Below are positions 39,343-51,551 of a stretch of DNA of 64,000 bases, piece after piece. A program made the translations under genes and the position numbers. The stretch's first letter is position 1. Every line of letters begins with the position of its first letter. The notes beneath the pieces were generated by a model. That model was not told the origin of the DNA. It was given only the letters and a program-made list of their open reading frames with translations, and made no database searches. Location of the stretch: contig JAPEUD010000017.1 in assembly GCA_026026165.1 (NCBI GenBank), positions 124,001 to 188,000 of the forward strand, in the 5' to 3' direction. The DNA is from Sarea resinae (taxonomy: Eukaryota).

Positions 39343-41827
39343 ATGGCGGGCTGGTTCGCCTCCTCTAATTCCGCTCTAGACGAGCAAATCGAGCGCGCCA
39401 CTTCCTCGAGTCTGTGAGTGTTGCCCCTTACACATTCATCGCTGGAGGGTGTGGGAGCTCCGCTGACGGGGCCGGAACAGTGAGGATATAGCTCTCAATC
39501 TTGAGATATCAGATCTGATCCGCTCGAAGAGTGTTCAGCCGAAAGATGCTATGCGATCTCTTAAACGTCGCATAGGCCACAAAAATCCCAACGTTCAGCT
39601 CGCCGCTTTGAAGGTGAACCACCGTTGCCCTGGAATTCGCGAAGGACTTCTTCCACTGACAGCGTGCTCCTAGCTCACGGATACATGTGTCAAGAATGGT
39701 GGCTCCCATTTTTTGACCGAGATAGCTTCTAGGGAGTTTATGGACAACTTGGTCTCCCTTCTCAAGGCATACGGAGGAGCAGCTGCGAACGAGGACGTCA
39801 AGAATAAGATACTCGAGCTGGTTCAAGCATGGGCCACGGCGACAGAGGGAAGGAGCAGTTTATCCTACGTCGGCGAAACCTATCGGAGTCTCCAGAGGGA
39901 CGGATTTCGATTTCCCCCCAAAGAAGCTGTCGCAAGCAGCATGCTAGACAGCAGCGCAGTAAGTACTGCCATCTTGTGTCTGATTTGAAGTGGAGGAATT
40001 TGTTCGTACTGACTCGGTACTACGTAGCCTCCCGAATGGGCAGATTCTGATGTATGCATGAGATGCCGGACACCCTTCAGTTTTACAAACAGAAAGCATC
40101 ATTGTCGAAATTGCGGCAATGTTTTCTGCGGCTCTTGCTCGAGCAAATCAATTCCTCTGCCACACCTGGGCATAGTTCAGCCTGTAAGGGTAGACGATGG
40201 GTGTCATGCGAAGCTCATGGATAAGAATCGCTCTGATTCGATCCCGGCAGAGCGATCCGCCCGTCAGTTGTCCTGGAGCGGTCGGCCGCGCACATCGATG
40301 CAACCTCGAGATGCAAGGATAGAAGAGAGTTATGATGACGATCTCAAACGGGCACTAGAGATGAGCCTGGAAGAGGTCAAGGGACATTCCGGCGCAGGAT
40401 ATGTTCCTCACTCCGGACTTCAGGCATCGCGGGATACGAATACCAGTAGTGGGATTCCAAAGGCAGAGGCAGTGAAGGAAGAAGAGGAAGAGGATGCCGA
40501 GTTGAAAGCCGCCATCGCCGCATCACTCCAAGATATGGAGGAGCAGAAGAAGAAGCATGCTGCGACACTGAAACAACAATCCGCTGTTTCTGCAAACTCC
40601 AAAGATCGGTCGAACATAGTCCTGCAAAAGAACGATTATGACCTTACTCCTGTAGAGGCTGAGAATATCAATCTGTTCGCTACCCTTGTAGATCGACTAC
40701 AGAGTCAGCCTCCTGGTACAATTCTGCGCGAGCCTCAAATCCAGGAGCTATATGAGAGCATTGGCGCTCTCAGACCAAAATTGGCAAGAACATATGGAGA
40801 GACGATGAGTAAACATGGTTTGTATAGTTGTGATTCATGTCAGCTTGTAAAGACTAATGTGCCTCCAGATACTTTACTTGACCTTCACGCCAAGCTCTCG
40901 ACAGTTGTACGTTACTACGATCGGATGCTAGAGGAGCGGCTCTCCACTACTTATAGTCAGCACAATCTCGGAGGTTACGGGGTTCCCCCGCCGGCTGCCT
41001 ATCAGCAGTCCGATGTTTATCCAGCGATTGGGTCAAATCTAGGCAGTAGACCGAATGGCGCAGAAAGCTATTATTCTGGTACTGCTGCTCCTTCCGAGGT
41101 TTATTCACGATCGCAGTCCAACTATGGGGACTTCCCCCCATCTCAGTCGCCATATAATACTTACGGCAATCGCACATCTATTCCTCCGTCTGGATACAAT
41201 GAAGGCCTTTCTGCTGATCTACAATATGGTGGCACCGGCGGGTATTCTGTGCCGCACGCTACCAGTACACAGCCGAATCCAGCTTCTCCTTCGCAGTCGC
41301 AAGGGATGCCGTATACCTCAGAAATCAGAGAGCAAAGCATCAATCAGCCTCCTACCGCTGCTCCTCAAGTGTATGCTACCTCCCAACCACCACAAGTATC
41401 TCCGCCCATTGATTCATCTACCTCTTTCTATTATGGAAATCCAAATCTAGGACGAGCGACATTGGTCGATCGAGATGTATCCGCTCAACCAGGTCCACCA
41501 CAACAAACATCATATATGCAGGGTTCAGTACCTCCCCAGCAACCGCAATACTCTCCTCAGCAGTCTAAAACTCTTCCCCCTTCTCAAGCTCAGCAAGACT
41601 CGCAAACGCAAGAGCAGCAGACATGGTGGCAGCAGCAGCAGCAGCCGCCGCCGCATAACCCACAGCAACCACAAGGAACTCAACATAATCAGTGGGTGCA
41701 GCATCCTAATGCAGCCGCCCCCTATCCTACATTCCCTGGTTACAGTCAGGATTCTTTTCCTGCTGTACCACAGCATCAGCCTCAGCCTCAGCCAAAGGCT
41801 GTAGAAGAGAGCTTAATTGAGTTGTAA
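39343..41827 (+). CDS. VPS27: ESCRT-0 subunit Vps27 (VHS, FYVE, two UIMs)
   Basis: [41 protein letters not shown]; UIMs [12 protein letters not shown] and [11 protein letters not shown]-terminal LIEL. Confidence 0.95.
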
Positions 41828-42605
41828 GCATTTAGCAAGGGCGTTTGGAAGGGTGGCCATATGGACGTTAAGCGTCACTCCTAGTGGTTTGGAATACCTC
41901 AATTCATTTTCTGCTCCAAATATTCCCAGGCGTGCTTTCGTCCTCGCTCCTAGGTGTAACTCTGACGGCGTTCTCGGGGGGCTTCAGAGTCATCAAGTTC
42001 GTGCTAAGCAATGCTACAACGTTGTGAATATATCTGAGAATGTGTCTCCAGAGTCCGGAATACCTAGCCAGTCACGTTAGGTTTTGCATATTCAGTTACT
42101 CACATGGTCATATGTTCCGGATCACACGATACTACAGTAGTAGAAAACCCGATCTACCTTGATGGATGATGAAGAGGTAGTAATATTGAGATGACCAGTA
42201 TAATGTCATGGAGAGTCTTGAGAGGGGTACTATATAGCTAGCGCAATGATACGAAACGAACATTGAGATACGGGAAATTAAAGATTATCGAGGTCAGCCT
42301 GGTAGATGTCGGTATATACAGCAGCGAGTGAGTCAGTCGGGTACCTTTGAGTACCTCTCCAGACCTCGTCGGAAGAGACCTCGGGAGGTATGATTGATAG
42401 CGAGCTACCCCACCATCACCAACCAGTTCAGCAATTACATCTGGAAATTCACCAATAGCCTACCTTACCTTAGTCTTCACGGGCGAACCTCCTGCTGTGA
42501 GATCTGACGTTCATCTATTCTATATATACTCAATATCTTTCTGTGCCCTGATTCCTTCGTCCACGACTCATCCAATTGCTTACACCTCAGGCCAGCAGCG
42601 ATCCA

Positions 42606-45547
42606 ATGTCACGTCATCGCATAAAGAACGTTGGTCTCGATGATGACTTGCTGGACGACGATTATGATTACAACGAGAGTGCTGATGGGGCTGAAGGTAT
42701 AGCACGTACCTCTCACAAAACTATATCGAGCTGTGCCATGACTGACCAAGATTTTGCAGAGTTAAGTACAGATGACAAAGGTGTGCATGTCTTTTCCTCT
42801 TGCGATAGGTTCATTGTTCACGCATTGGCTTATGAGAATTACGATCACGCTTCAGATCAAATGCACGAAGGCACGTTGAAAGTCCGAGATGTTCTAGGAG
42901 TAGATGTTCCAGTCTCGGACCAAGAGATAAAAGATGCGCTATGGCACTACTATTATGACGTGGAGAAGACAGTGACCTGGCTATTGAGTATGCCCACAAA
43001 GCCCCAATAAAGCTTGTCTACTGATCAGAATTAGACCAGAAGGCTGCCTCGGAGCGTAAAAGGGCTAAGAAAGACAGCAGTGGAAGAAAAGCGGATGCAG
43101 GGCCAAATGGTAGGTTCGACTTTTCCTTCTGATTCAATATCTGCCCCGGGTGGGTTTCGGAGCGTGATTCGTGCGCGAAGAGCCTCGGAGGATTCAATGG
43201 TGCGTGGCCCTCCTTGGATTCAGTCTAATTCGTCTCATGCTCCAATTGACTGATGTTCGAGACCAAGGTTCCAAAGCTTTGTATCCGTTGCCAATGGAGA
43301 TACCCATCTACCCTATTCCATTCTCGGCTACCGAATTCTTCAGAGACACGCCTTGGTTCGGTGTCCCATCAGCTCGTCTTGGAGAGATCAAACCAGAACC
43401 TCGAAGATATGGAGGTGGTCTCCTTGGAGGTTCGTCTGCAGGAGGCAAACCTTCAAAGCTTGCCGCGCTTGCAGCAGCCAGGAAACGAAAAGAAGAGTGG
43501 AAAAGCATATCACATGAAGATGCTAGTAACGGGAATATCTACACGGAGGCAAGCAATTCTGTGGCCCTACTTCAAAATTTCAGCCGGAGAGGCAAGCAAA
43601 AACAGAGCAAAGAAAAGGAGAAGAGTGCATCTGGTACAAAAGAATGTTCAAACCTTCTTGATGAGGACTCCGCTGGGCAAGCACACTCGCACAAGTATCC
43701 GATCCGCAAGAGGAATGGTCCTAGTCCGGCACGGAATGAAGAAGCTGGAACGTCTCCAGATGATTACCAACAACTCCCACAACCGATCGATCTGCGGGCA
43801 AGGCCTTCGAAATTTGCTCGGACCATTTGCGGACCCTTACCTAAAAGTCTCTCCGCTCCAGTTCCCATACCCGGGGAACCCGTATTTAATTTGCAGAAGA
43901 TAATCCCACAGAATCTTTCTGAATTAGATGCTTTCACAGGACCGAGCCCCGATGATACCGTGGCAAAGGCACAGGCCCCAAAAGGTCTGCTATCTTACTC
44001 GAGGTGACGAGAGACTTAGTTGATATATGGTAGGCGGGATAAAACCCCAGACTAGCTCTCAAAAGGCCACCAAAGCTGTCAATCAAGTCACCGTCAACGA
44101 CAGCAGAGCATCATCAGCAGAAGAGCCATCGAGGGTCAAGAGTAAAAACTTAAACGTCCTCTTGGAATATGAGAAATCTAAGGCGAAGAAGGTGGCGAAT
44201 TTTGTCGTGATAGGTAGGTCTTACCTTCATGCAATGATGTGGCACATTTCGCCAATTTGATGGTCCTAATCCATACCAGGTCATGTGGATGCTGGCAAGA
44301 GTACTTTAATGGGAAGATTACTGTACGATCTCAAAGTCGTGGACCACCGGACTCTGGATAAGCTCCGTAGAGAAGCTGAAAAGATTGGGAAATCTTCCTT
44401 TGCCCTTGCTTGGGTTTTGGATCAAACCTCTGAAGAAAGGAACCGTGGAGTAACGGTTGATATTGCTTCGAACAAATTCGAGACCGAGAAGTCCAACTTC
44501 CTCATATTAGACGCTCCAGGCCATAGGGATTTTATACCTAATATGATCGCTGGTGCAAGCCAAGCTGACTTCGCGGTATTGGTCGTTGATGCTAGCACTG
44601 GCAGTTTCGAATCCGGCTTAAAAGGACAAACCAAGGAACACGCGCTATTAGTCAGAAGTATGGGGGTTCAAAGAATTATTGTGGTTGTGAACAAGCTCGA
44701 CACTGTCGATTGGTCGCAAGAACGGTTTCAGGAAATCGAGCAGCAGACCTCCGCTTTTCTTACCGCGGCGGGCTTTCAGGGAAAAAACATTTCATTTGTG
44801 CCTTGCTCCGGCTTGACCGGTGAGAACATTGTCTTCAAGCCTACAGAAGATAAGATCCCTTGGTACGACGGCTGCACGCTCGTCGAGGAGCTTGAAAACT
44901 CAGAGCCGGTATCTCGAGCACTGGGAAAGCCTCTACGAATTACGATAGCCGATATCTTTAGGGGCGGTGTGCAAAACCCATTATCGGTGTCTGGTCGCTT
45001 GGAGTCTGGAAGTTTACAGGTAGGAGATGAGATAGTAGCCATGCCAAGTGGAGAGAAGGCACATATCAAAGGGATCGAGGTCGATGAGGAGCCGGCTGAA
45101 TGGGCTGTAGCTGGGCAAAATGCTGTGCTGCACTTGACCGACATCGATCAAGTCCATTTAAAGTAAGTTTTGAATATTGTAATGTCGTTCGCCGACGTGA
45201 AATATTCTAATTCGGGTTGCAGGACTGGCGATGTTCTGTGTCCATCTGATTCTCTCGTTCAGAACATAACGACGTTAACAATCAAAATTCTGGCCTTTGA
45301 TCACATTACCCCGATGCATGTTGACATCCACCGTGGGAGACTCCATGTTCCCGGGAGGATCACGCAGCTAGTAGCAGTTCTCGACAAAGGCAGCGGGGCC
45401 GTGATAAAAAAGCGGCCACGGCTCGTACAGCCAGGAAGTGTTGCTCGAGTAAAAGTAGAGCTGACCACGCCTACTCCACTAGAAGCGCCGTCAAGAATTG
45501 TCCTACGATCCAACGGTCAAACGGTCGCTGCTGGTCTTTTAGAATAG
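42606..45547 (+). CDS. HBS1: Hbs1 translational GTPase with an internal Ski7-like exon (43268-43984)
   Basis: MSRHR start, HBS1 N-domain (IKDALWHYYYDVEKTV), GHVDAGKSTLMGRLL, DAPGHRDF, NKLD, EF-1A-like domains II/III. Confidence 0.93.
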
Positions 45548-46143
45548 ATAGCGCTCAAGGAGAAATGTGTCTCCACTGCTCTGAAAATTGGGAAAAGCCC
45601 TGCAAGTCAGAATACCTCAATAAGCCTCATGGATCTGCACTGTACTTGACCGTCCAATCTAGCTCAGACTGGCTGAAGCATGGCCCCGTATATGTATAAC
45701 TTATGTACATGTAGCATATGCGTATGCCAAAGGTGGGAGCCTTCCTGTTTTTCAGTCGTTGGACAATTCGTGGACTGAAACAGCCTGCGGTCGCCAATTT
45801 AGAGTTGATGGTGGAAGGGCGGCCGGGAAGGGTAAAAAGATACCTTGGCCACGTGTAAGGAGTGGTGTTGGATGGACCGTTGAAGTGCCCGTGCGAGATC
45901 ACCCAACTGGATCTGCAGTACGTATATACCGTATATTGAAGTAGTGATACTGCAAAAGTGGTAGCAGAAGTACCTTGACAGTACTACAGTAGCACGACCG
46001 GAGTTCATGAAGCCTTTACTCCGTAGAGTATGTAGTACTCCGTAGAGAGCTCGACTTCTAGCTGAACCTGAGAGCGTTCTCGAATATTCGTTTCTGGCCA
46101 AGCTGAAGGGTGTATGTAGAGGTACCTCAGCGTTGCATGTGGT

Positions 46144-46272
46144 ACAGCGTGATATGCAGGTACCGTCTACTCACTTGTTCGTGACACCGTGTCCGTGCTG
46201 GCTGAGCTCATGACCGCACATTTCTGATTGGTCGGTCAAGAGGCTACGTCTGCCAGAAGGCGAACTTCTGGC
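46144..46272 (+). promoter_or_regulatory. UPR/heat-shock type elements of the BiP promoter
   Basis: CAGCGTG (46145-46151, yeast UPRE core), palindrome GACAC-C-GTGTC (46183-46193), inverted CCAAT (~46227), GCCAGAAG..CTTCTGGC with nGAAn units (~46251-46271). Confidence 0.5.
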
Positions 46273-46483
46273 TGAAAGGACACCTTGTTCGCTTTTGCGT
46301 CAATCCCTATCTAAATACTAAAGTCGATTCCTCCCAAATTCTTTCCCTCTCTCTCTCTAAGATCAACGGCTTCATCTTCACTTTCATCACTCTTCCCTGC
46401 GTCCTTCCTTCCTTTCTTTTTTTCCCTTCTTCTTTTGGAGCATCTTCCTATCCAGTCCCGTTTGCACAACCCCATCTCTCGGG

Positions 46484-48794
46484 ATGGCTGGTCCGCGGAG
46501 GACGGGCTCGTCGCCTGTCGCCTGGTCGACCATTTTCTATCTCCTCCTGGTTTTCATTGCGCCTTTGGCATTCTTGACGCCCGCGGGCGCGGAAGATCAG
46601 GCTCCATCAGACAGTGCGAATTATGGTACCGGTACGTGGCATCTCGGCTCAGCAACCCATAGTTTCGAGGAGCTGACTTTAGACAGTCATTGGAATTGAC
46701 CTGGGGACTACATACTCGTACGAAGAACTCGCGACTCCCCTCCCGCTTGACAGCTGTGATTAACAGGTTTATAGATGTGTGGGTGTAATGCAAAATGGCA
46801 AAGTGGAAATCCTCGTCAACGACCAGGGCAATCGTATAACGCCATCTTATGTCGCTTTTACGGATGAGGAGCGATTGGTAGGAGATGCAGCGAAGAATCA
46901 ATATGCTGCAAATCCGAACCGAACGGTATACGATGTCAAGTACGTGGCCCTCCTTCCTACTGTTATCTTCTCGTTCTCAGCATCATCACTCACGCTTGTT
47001 ATAGGCGTTTGATCGGCCGCAAATACTCGGACAAAGACATTCAAGCCGACGTAAAGCACTTCCCCTTCCGTGTCATCAACAAGGATGGAAAGCCGTCAAT
47101 AAAGGTCGAGGTTTCTGGACAGGACAGGGTCTTCACCCCTGAAGAGATCTCCGCCATGGTTCTTGGTAAAATGAAAGAGATCGCAGAAAGCTACTTGGGC
47201 AAGACGATCACTAACGCCGTTGTCACCGTTCCGGCATACTTTAACGACAACCAGAGACAAGCAACCAAAGACGCCGGCATAATTGCTGGCCTCAATGTTC
47301 TCCGCATCGTGAACGAGCCCACTGCGGCCGCTATCGCGTATGGTCTGGATAAGACCGGCGACGAACGTCAAATCATCGTCTATGATCTTGGTGGTGGCAC
47401 TTTCGATGTCTCACTCCTCTCTATCGACAAGGGCGTATTTGAAGTTTTGGCGACAGCTGGAGATACGCATCTAGGAGGTGAGGACTTTGATCAGCGCATC
47501 ATTAATCACCTGGCCAAACAGTACAACAAGAAGCATAACGTGGACATCACAAAGGACCTCAAGACCATGGGCAAACTGAAGCGGGAGGTGGAGAAGGCCA
47601 AGCGTACCTTGTCTTCTCAAATGTCCACCCGTATCGAGATCGAGGCTTTCCATAACGGCAACGACTTTTCTGAGACTCTGACACGGGCCAAATTTGAGGA
47701 GCTCAATATGGATCTATTCAAGAAGACCCTTAAGCCCGTTGAACAAGTGCTCAAGGATGCGAAAGTGAAGAAGAATGAAGTTGATGATATTGTTCTTGTT
47801 GGTGGTTCCACTCGCATTCCAAAGGTTCAATCTCTTCTGGAAGACTTCTTTGGGGGCAAGAAGGCCAGCAAGGGAATTAATCCTGATGAGGCTGTCGCTT
47901 TTGGTGCTGCTGTTCAAGCTGGCGTTTTGTCTGGGGAGGAGGGCACGGAAGAAATCGTCCTCATGGATGTCAATCCATTGACTCTTGGGATTGAGACTAC
48001 CGGAGGCGTGATGACCAAGTTGATTCCACGTAATACCGTCATCCCAACAAAGAAGAGTCAGATATTCTCCACGGCCGCGGACAATCAACCTGTTGTGCTT
48101 ATTCAAGTTTGTAAGTTTTCGTCTCGAGTTTCCAGGATAATACAGCTATTAACTAAGCACCATAGATGAGGGTGAACGATCCATGACCAAGGACAACAAC
48201 CTACTCGGCAAGTTCGAATTGACCGGTATTCCAGCGGCTCCTCGTGGCGTTCCACAAATCGAAGTTTCCTTTGATCTCGACGCAAATGGCATCCTAAAGG
48301 TCACTGCCGGCGACAAGGGAACCGGCAAATCCGAGTCGATTACTATCACCAATGACAAGGGTCGATTGAGCCAAGAAGACATTGACCGAATGGTTGCCGA
48401 AGCGGAGAAGTTCGCCGAGGAGGACAAGGCCACTCGGGAGAAGATCGAGGCCAGAAATGGACTGGAGAATTATGCCTTCAGTCTGAAGAACCAGGTCAAT
48501 GATGAAGACGGCCTCGGCGGAAAGATTGACGAGGACGACAAGGACACGGTAAGCATCTCCTTCGATACAGAAAATATTTGAACGATTGCTGATGCGCCCT
48601 ACCAGATCATTGAGGCGGTCAAGGAAGCTACCGAGTGGCTAGAAGAAAATGCTGCAACGGCTACGACTGAGGACTTTGAGGAGCAAAAGGAAAATCTCAG
48701 CAACGTAGCATACCCTATCACGAGCAAGTTGTACGGTGGCGCCGGACCTACGGGAGATGATGATGAGGAGCCAGCCGATCATGATGAGCTATAG
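46484..48794 (+). CDS. KAR2: ER Hsp70 chaperone BiP
   Basis: Hydrophobic signal peptide, [40 protein letters not shown]-terminal HDEL*. Confidence 0.98.
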
Positions 48795-49372
48795 AGGTGT
48801 TCTGCCATGTGTAATTTAGTTGCATTTCAGCATTTAATCAATTGTTGCACTCACTTGAGTCTACCGTCGAAGAATGTATTCTACATATTCAAACATTTCA
48901 CGACTATTGTCTCTATGGTCCCTTTCAAGGCAATCCACCGATATGATATCGAGTGGCTATCTAAGATACTCCCTCTGCTGAACATTAGCCTACGGAACAT
49001 TTTACGGCACCGCTCGATGAACTCTTGGACTATCGGCCTTTTTGGCACAAACGTAGCGCTTTTAGAGTGTGTCGATTCCAGCTTTTTCACAGTTTGTGAG
49101 CGCATGATATCGGAATAAAAATATACTTCAGAGGTATCTATAGAAGAATGTCCGTACTAACGACGTCTATATCAGAACACACTCATGCCCCGGAATCTCC
49201 ATCCACAATTGCACAAGCTATTCAGGCTAGATCGCTAGAGAAATATGTTAGAGACATATGAGGAAAGCTAAGCACTTTCCCATCCAGTAGTAGCCGCTAT
49301 ACATCCCTCCTATACAGTCATTAGTACGCCTAGATCTTCAGGGATAACAAGTAGAAATTAGCCATCGATCAC

Positions 49373-50837
49373 TTACCAGACCATCCCGGACTTCTCAACA
49401 TAAGGGGTATGAACCGCATTTTTATCAGCAAAAGGATCATCGTCGTCTTGGACTTCTTCGTCTTCTTCAACGTCATTCTCATTGACCGGCGCAGTCGTCC
49501 TGGACTTCATCTTCTCGGCCATCAAGGGGGGTAGAGATATACTCATGCCCGGTCTCGGTGGTTGAGGAGGTGCCTTGTCGGACTCAAAACTTAGTCCCGC
49601 CAATGCTTGCTGTACTTCCTTCTGGGCCGCATTGGGTGCTCGCCGGGTAGAGTATTGAGCATCAGCGTCCGACTCATCGTCTTCACTGTCGCTATCATCG
49701 TCCACGCTCTTGTCGAGTACTTCGAATGCCATTAAGGCTGTTACCAGCTCTTCATTTGCGTGTATTAAACTACCAAGCCATTGTTCGCTCTCAACATACT
49801 GTATGTAGCGAAGCAGTTGTCTTCGGAGAAGCTTGCAGGTCTCGAATCGCTTCATCACTTCCGCGTCTTCGCTAACTCGTTTGTCCTCCCGATTTATCAA
49901 CTTCAGTGCGTTCATGAGATTGGTGCTAGCGACCGACGAGGATGCAAGTGTTTGTAATAGTTGCGGCTTTTCTTTTTCAAGATTAAAAGGTTTTCCTTTT
50001 GACTTCTTGTCTCTGGGACCCTTCGCTTTTGTAAGGTTTGGTCCGGGGGATAACGATAAGGTTCTCGAGGATGACGAAGATGCTGTTGGGATTGAGCTCA
50101 GAGAAGGACTGTTCCCCGGCTGCTCGTTGTTTGCCTCGACTTCGGTCTCTCTAAGCACCTTTGACTGTTGTTGGGGCTGTGGCTTTTTGCGCTGCGGGAG
50201 CTGCTTGTATAGCGCCGCGATTCTTTCCAAACCTGGCGTATTTTTGTATGCCACTGCCCACTGACCAAAGAGAATCTTACACTTCGCCTTCACATCGTGA
50301 TCCGAGACGGGATCCGTAGCTGCCACTCTGAGTCGTTCAAGGAGCGGCTCGTCGACGAAAACTCGCTGAAAACGCGGGCCAGCATTCTGCAAAAGGCCAT
50401 CTAATATGGTCAAAGCGCGCAGTTGCCGATGCACGTCGCCATATTTACTTATTTTCAAGTCAGGAAGGAGCGCAAAGTGCGTGTGCGGGACAGCGAGAGA
50501 ATGCACCCACAGTTTTTTCCGAAGAGCTCGTGCGGCTTCAGTGGGGCCACTGGCCTGAAGCCGTATGACCTCGACCAGGTCAACAATGCCCGCTATATCA
50601 TTTTCTTCGTACTGCTCGCTGGTGAGTCGCTCGACTTGGACAGTAATGGCCGTATATGGTTTTTTCTGCAAGTTGAGGTATTATCTCAGCGTGACTCTAA
50701 TCATATTCACAACACATAGGTTTGTTTCTCAAGCTGCCTAGCGGGCACAAACTCCCACCGGTCTTCGAGGGGGCGGAGGGCGGGGAATAGTAGTATTCAT
50801 AAGAAGCACTGGAAAGGCTTACAGGACCGCCAAACAT
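49373..50837 (-). CDS. LSB5: Lsb5-like VHS/GAT endocytic adaptor; possible short extra 3' exon
   Basis: MFGGP|KKPYTAITVQVERLT, GPTEAARALRKKL, QLRALTILDGL, WLGSLIHANEELV, DDPFAD. Confidence 0.75.
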
Positions 50838-51551
50838 GTCCGCAGCTATTCTCTATCCCAGCGGTGATTCAAGCGAGACCGTTTGAAAGCTGGTAAATGG
50901 CGGGGCACAGATGCCGGGCTGTTAGTGTGCGCGGAAAAGCGCCGCCAGATGTCTGGATATCCTACGGGGTTCCGGCCGTTATTGAAGATCTGGCCGTCGA
51001 GGTAGATGCGACGATGATGGGTACATGGTATTATGAGGGTCACGTATGAAAGGTCAAGGGACAATGACGAAGTGTAGGCGAATGGAGATAACCTGAATAA
51101 GACCTCAGATGGAGTATCACCTGGCTGAAGCCCGAGCTACCCCACAGGCCCGAGCATACTGCGTACTCATAGTACCTAAGGTAGGTACGCAGTCCTACGC
51201 AGTACTTCGGAGTAGAGGTGAACGGTACTCCAAGTACCCCGTAGCGGCGTAGAAATCTGCACTTCGCTTTGCTCTCCAGGTGTGAGTTCCACCTACGCGG
51301 CAAGTCACCATACAGTATACATAGTAGTACGGAGTAGTATCGTCATCTTTCATATTTACTCTACCTCTTCCTCAGCCCCGATATACGAGTACCCATCTCC
51401 CAACTTCATCCACCACCACCAATTCGATCCTTTGCCGCTGAGATGGGTTCCTGTCACCATCATCAGACCACAGGCATCGTGCCCCTCATCCCCAAGGTCT
51501 TCGCATGATTTGTCAATGGATTACTACCGCTGCTTGAGGTAATGGTCATCA

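Noticed and set aside
49030..49052. TCGGCCTTTTTGGC resembling the U2 snRNA 5' stem
   Set aside because: Not followed by the U2 branch-pairing sequence or an Sm site.
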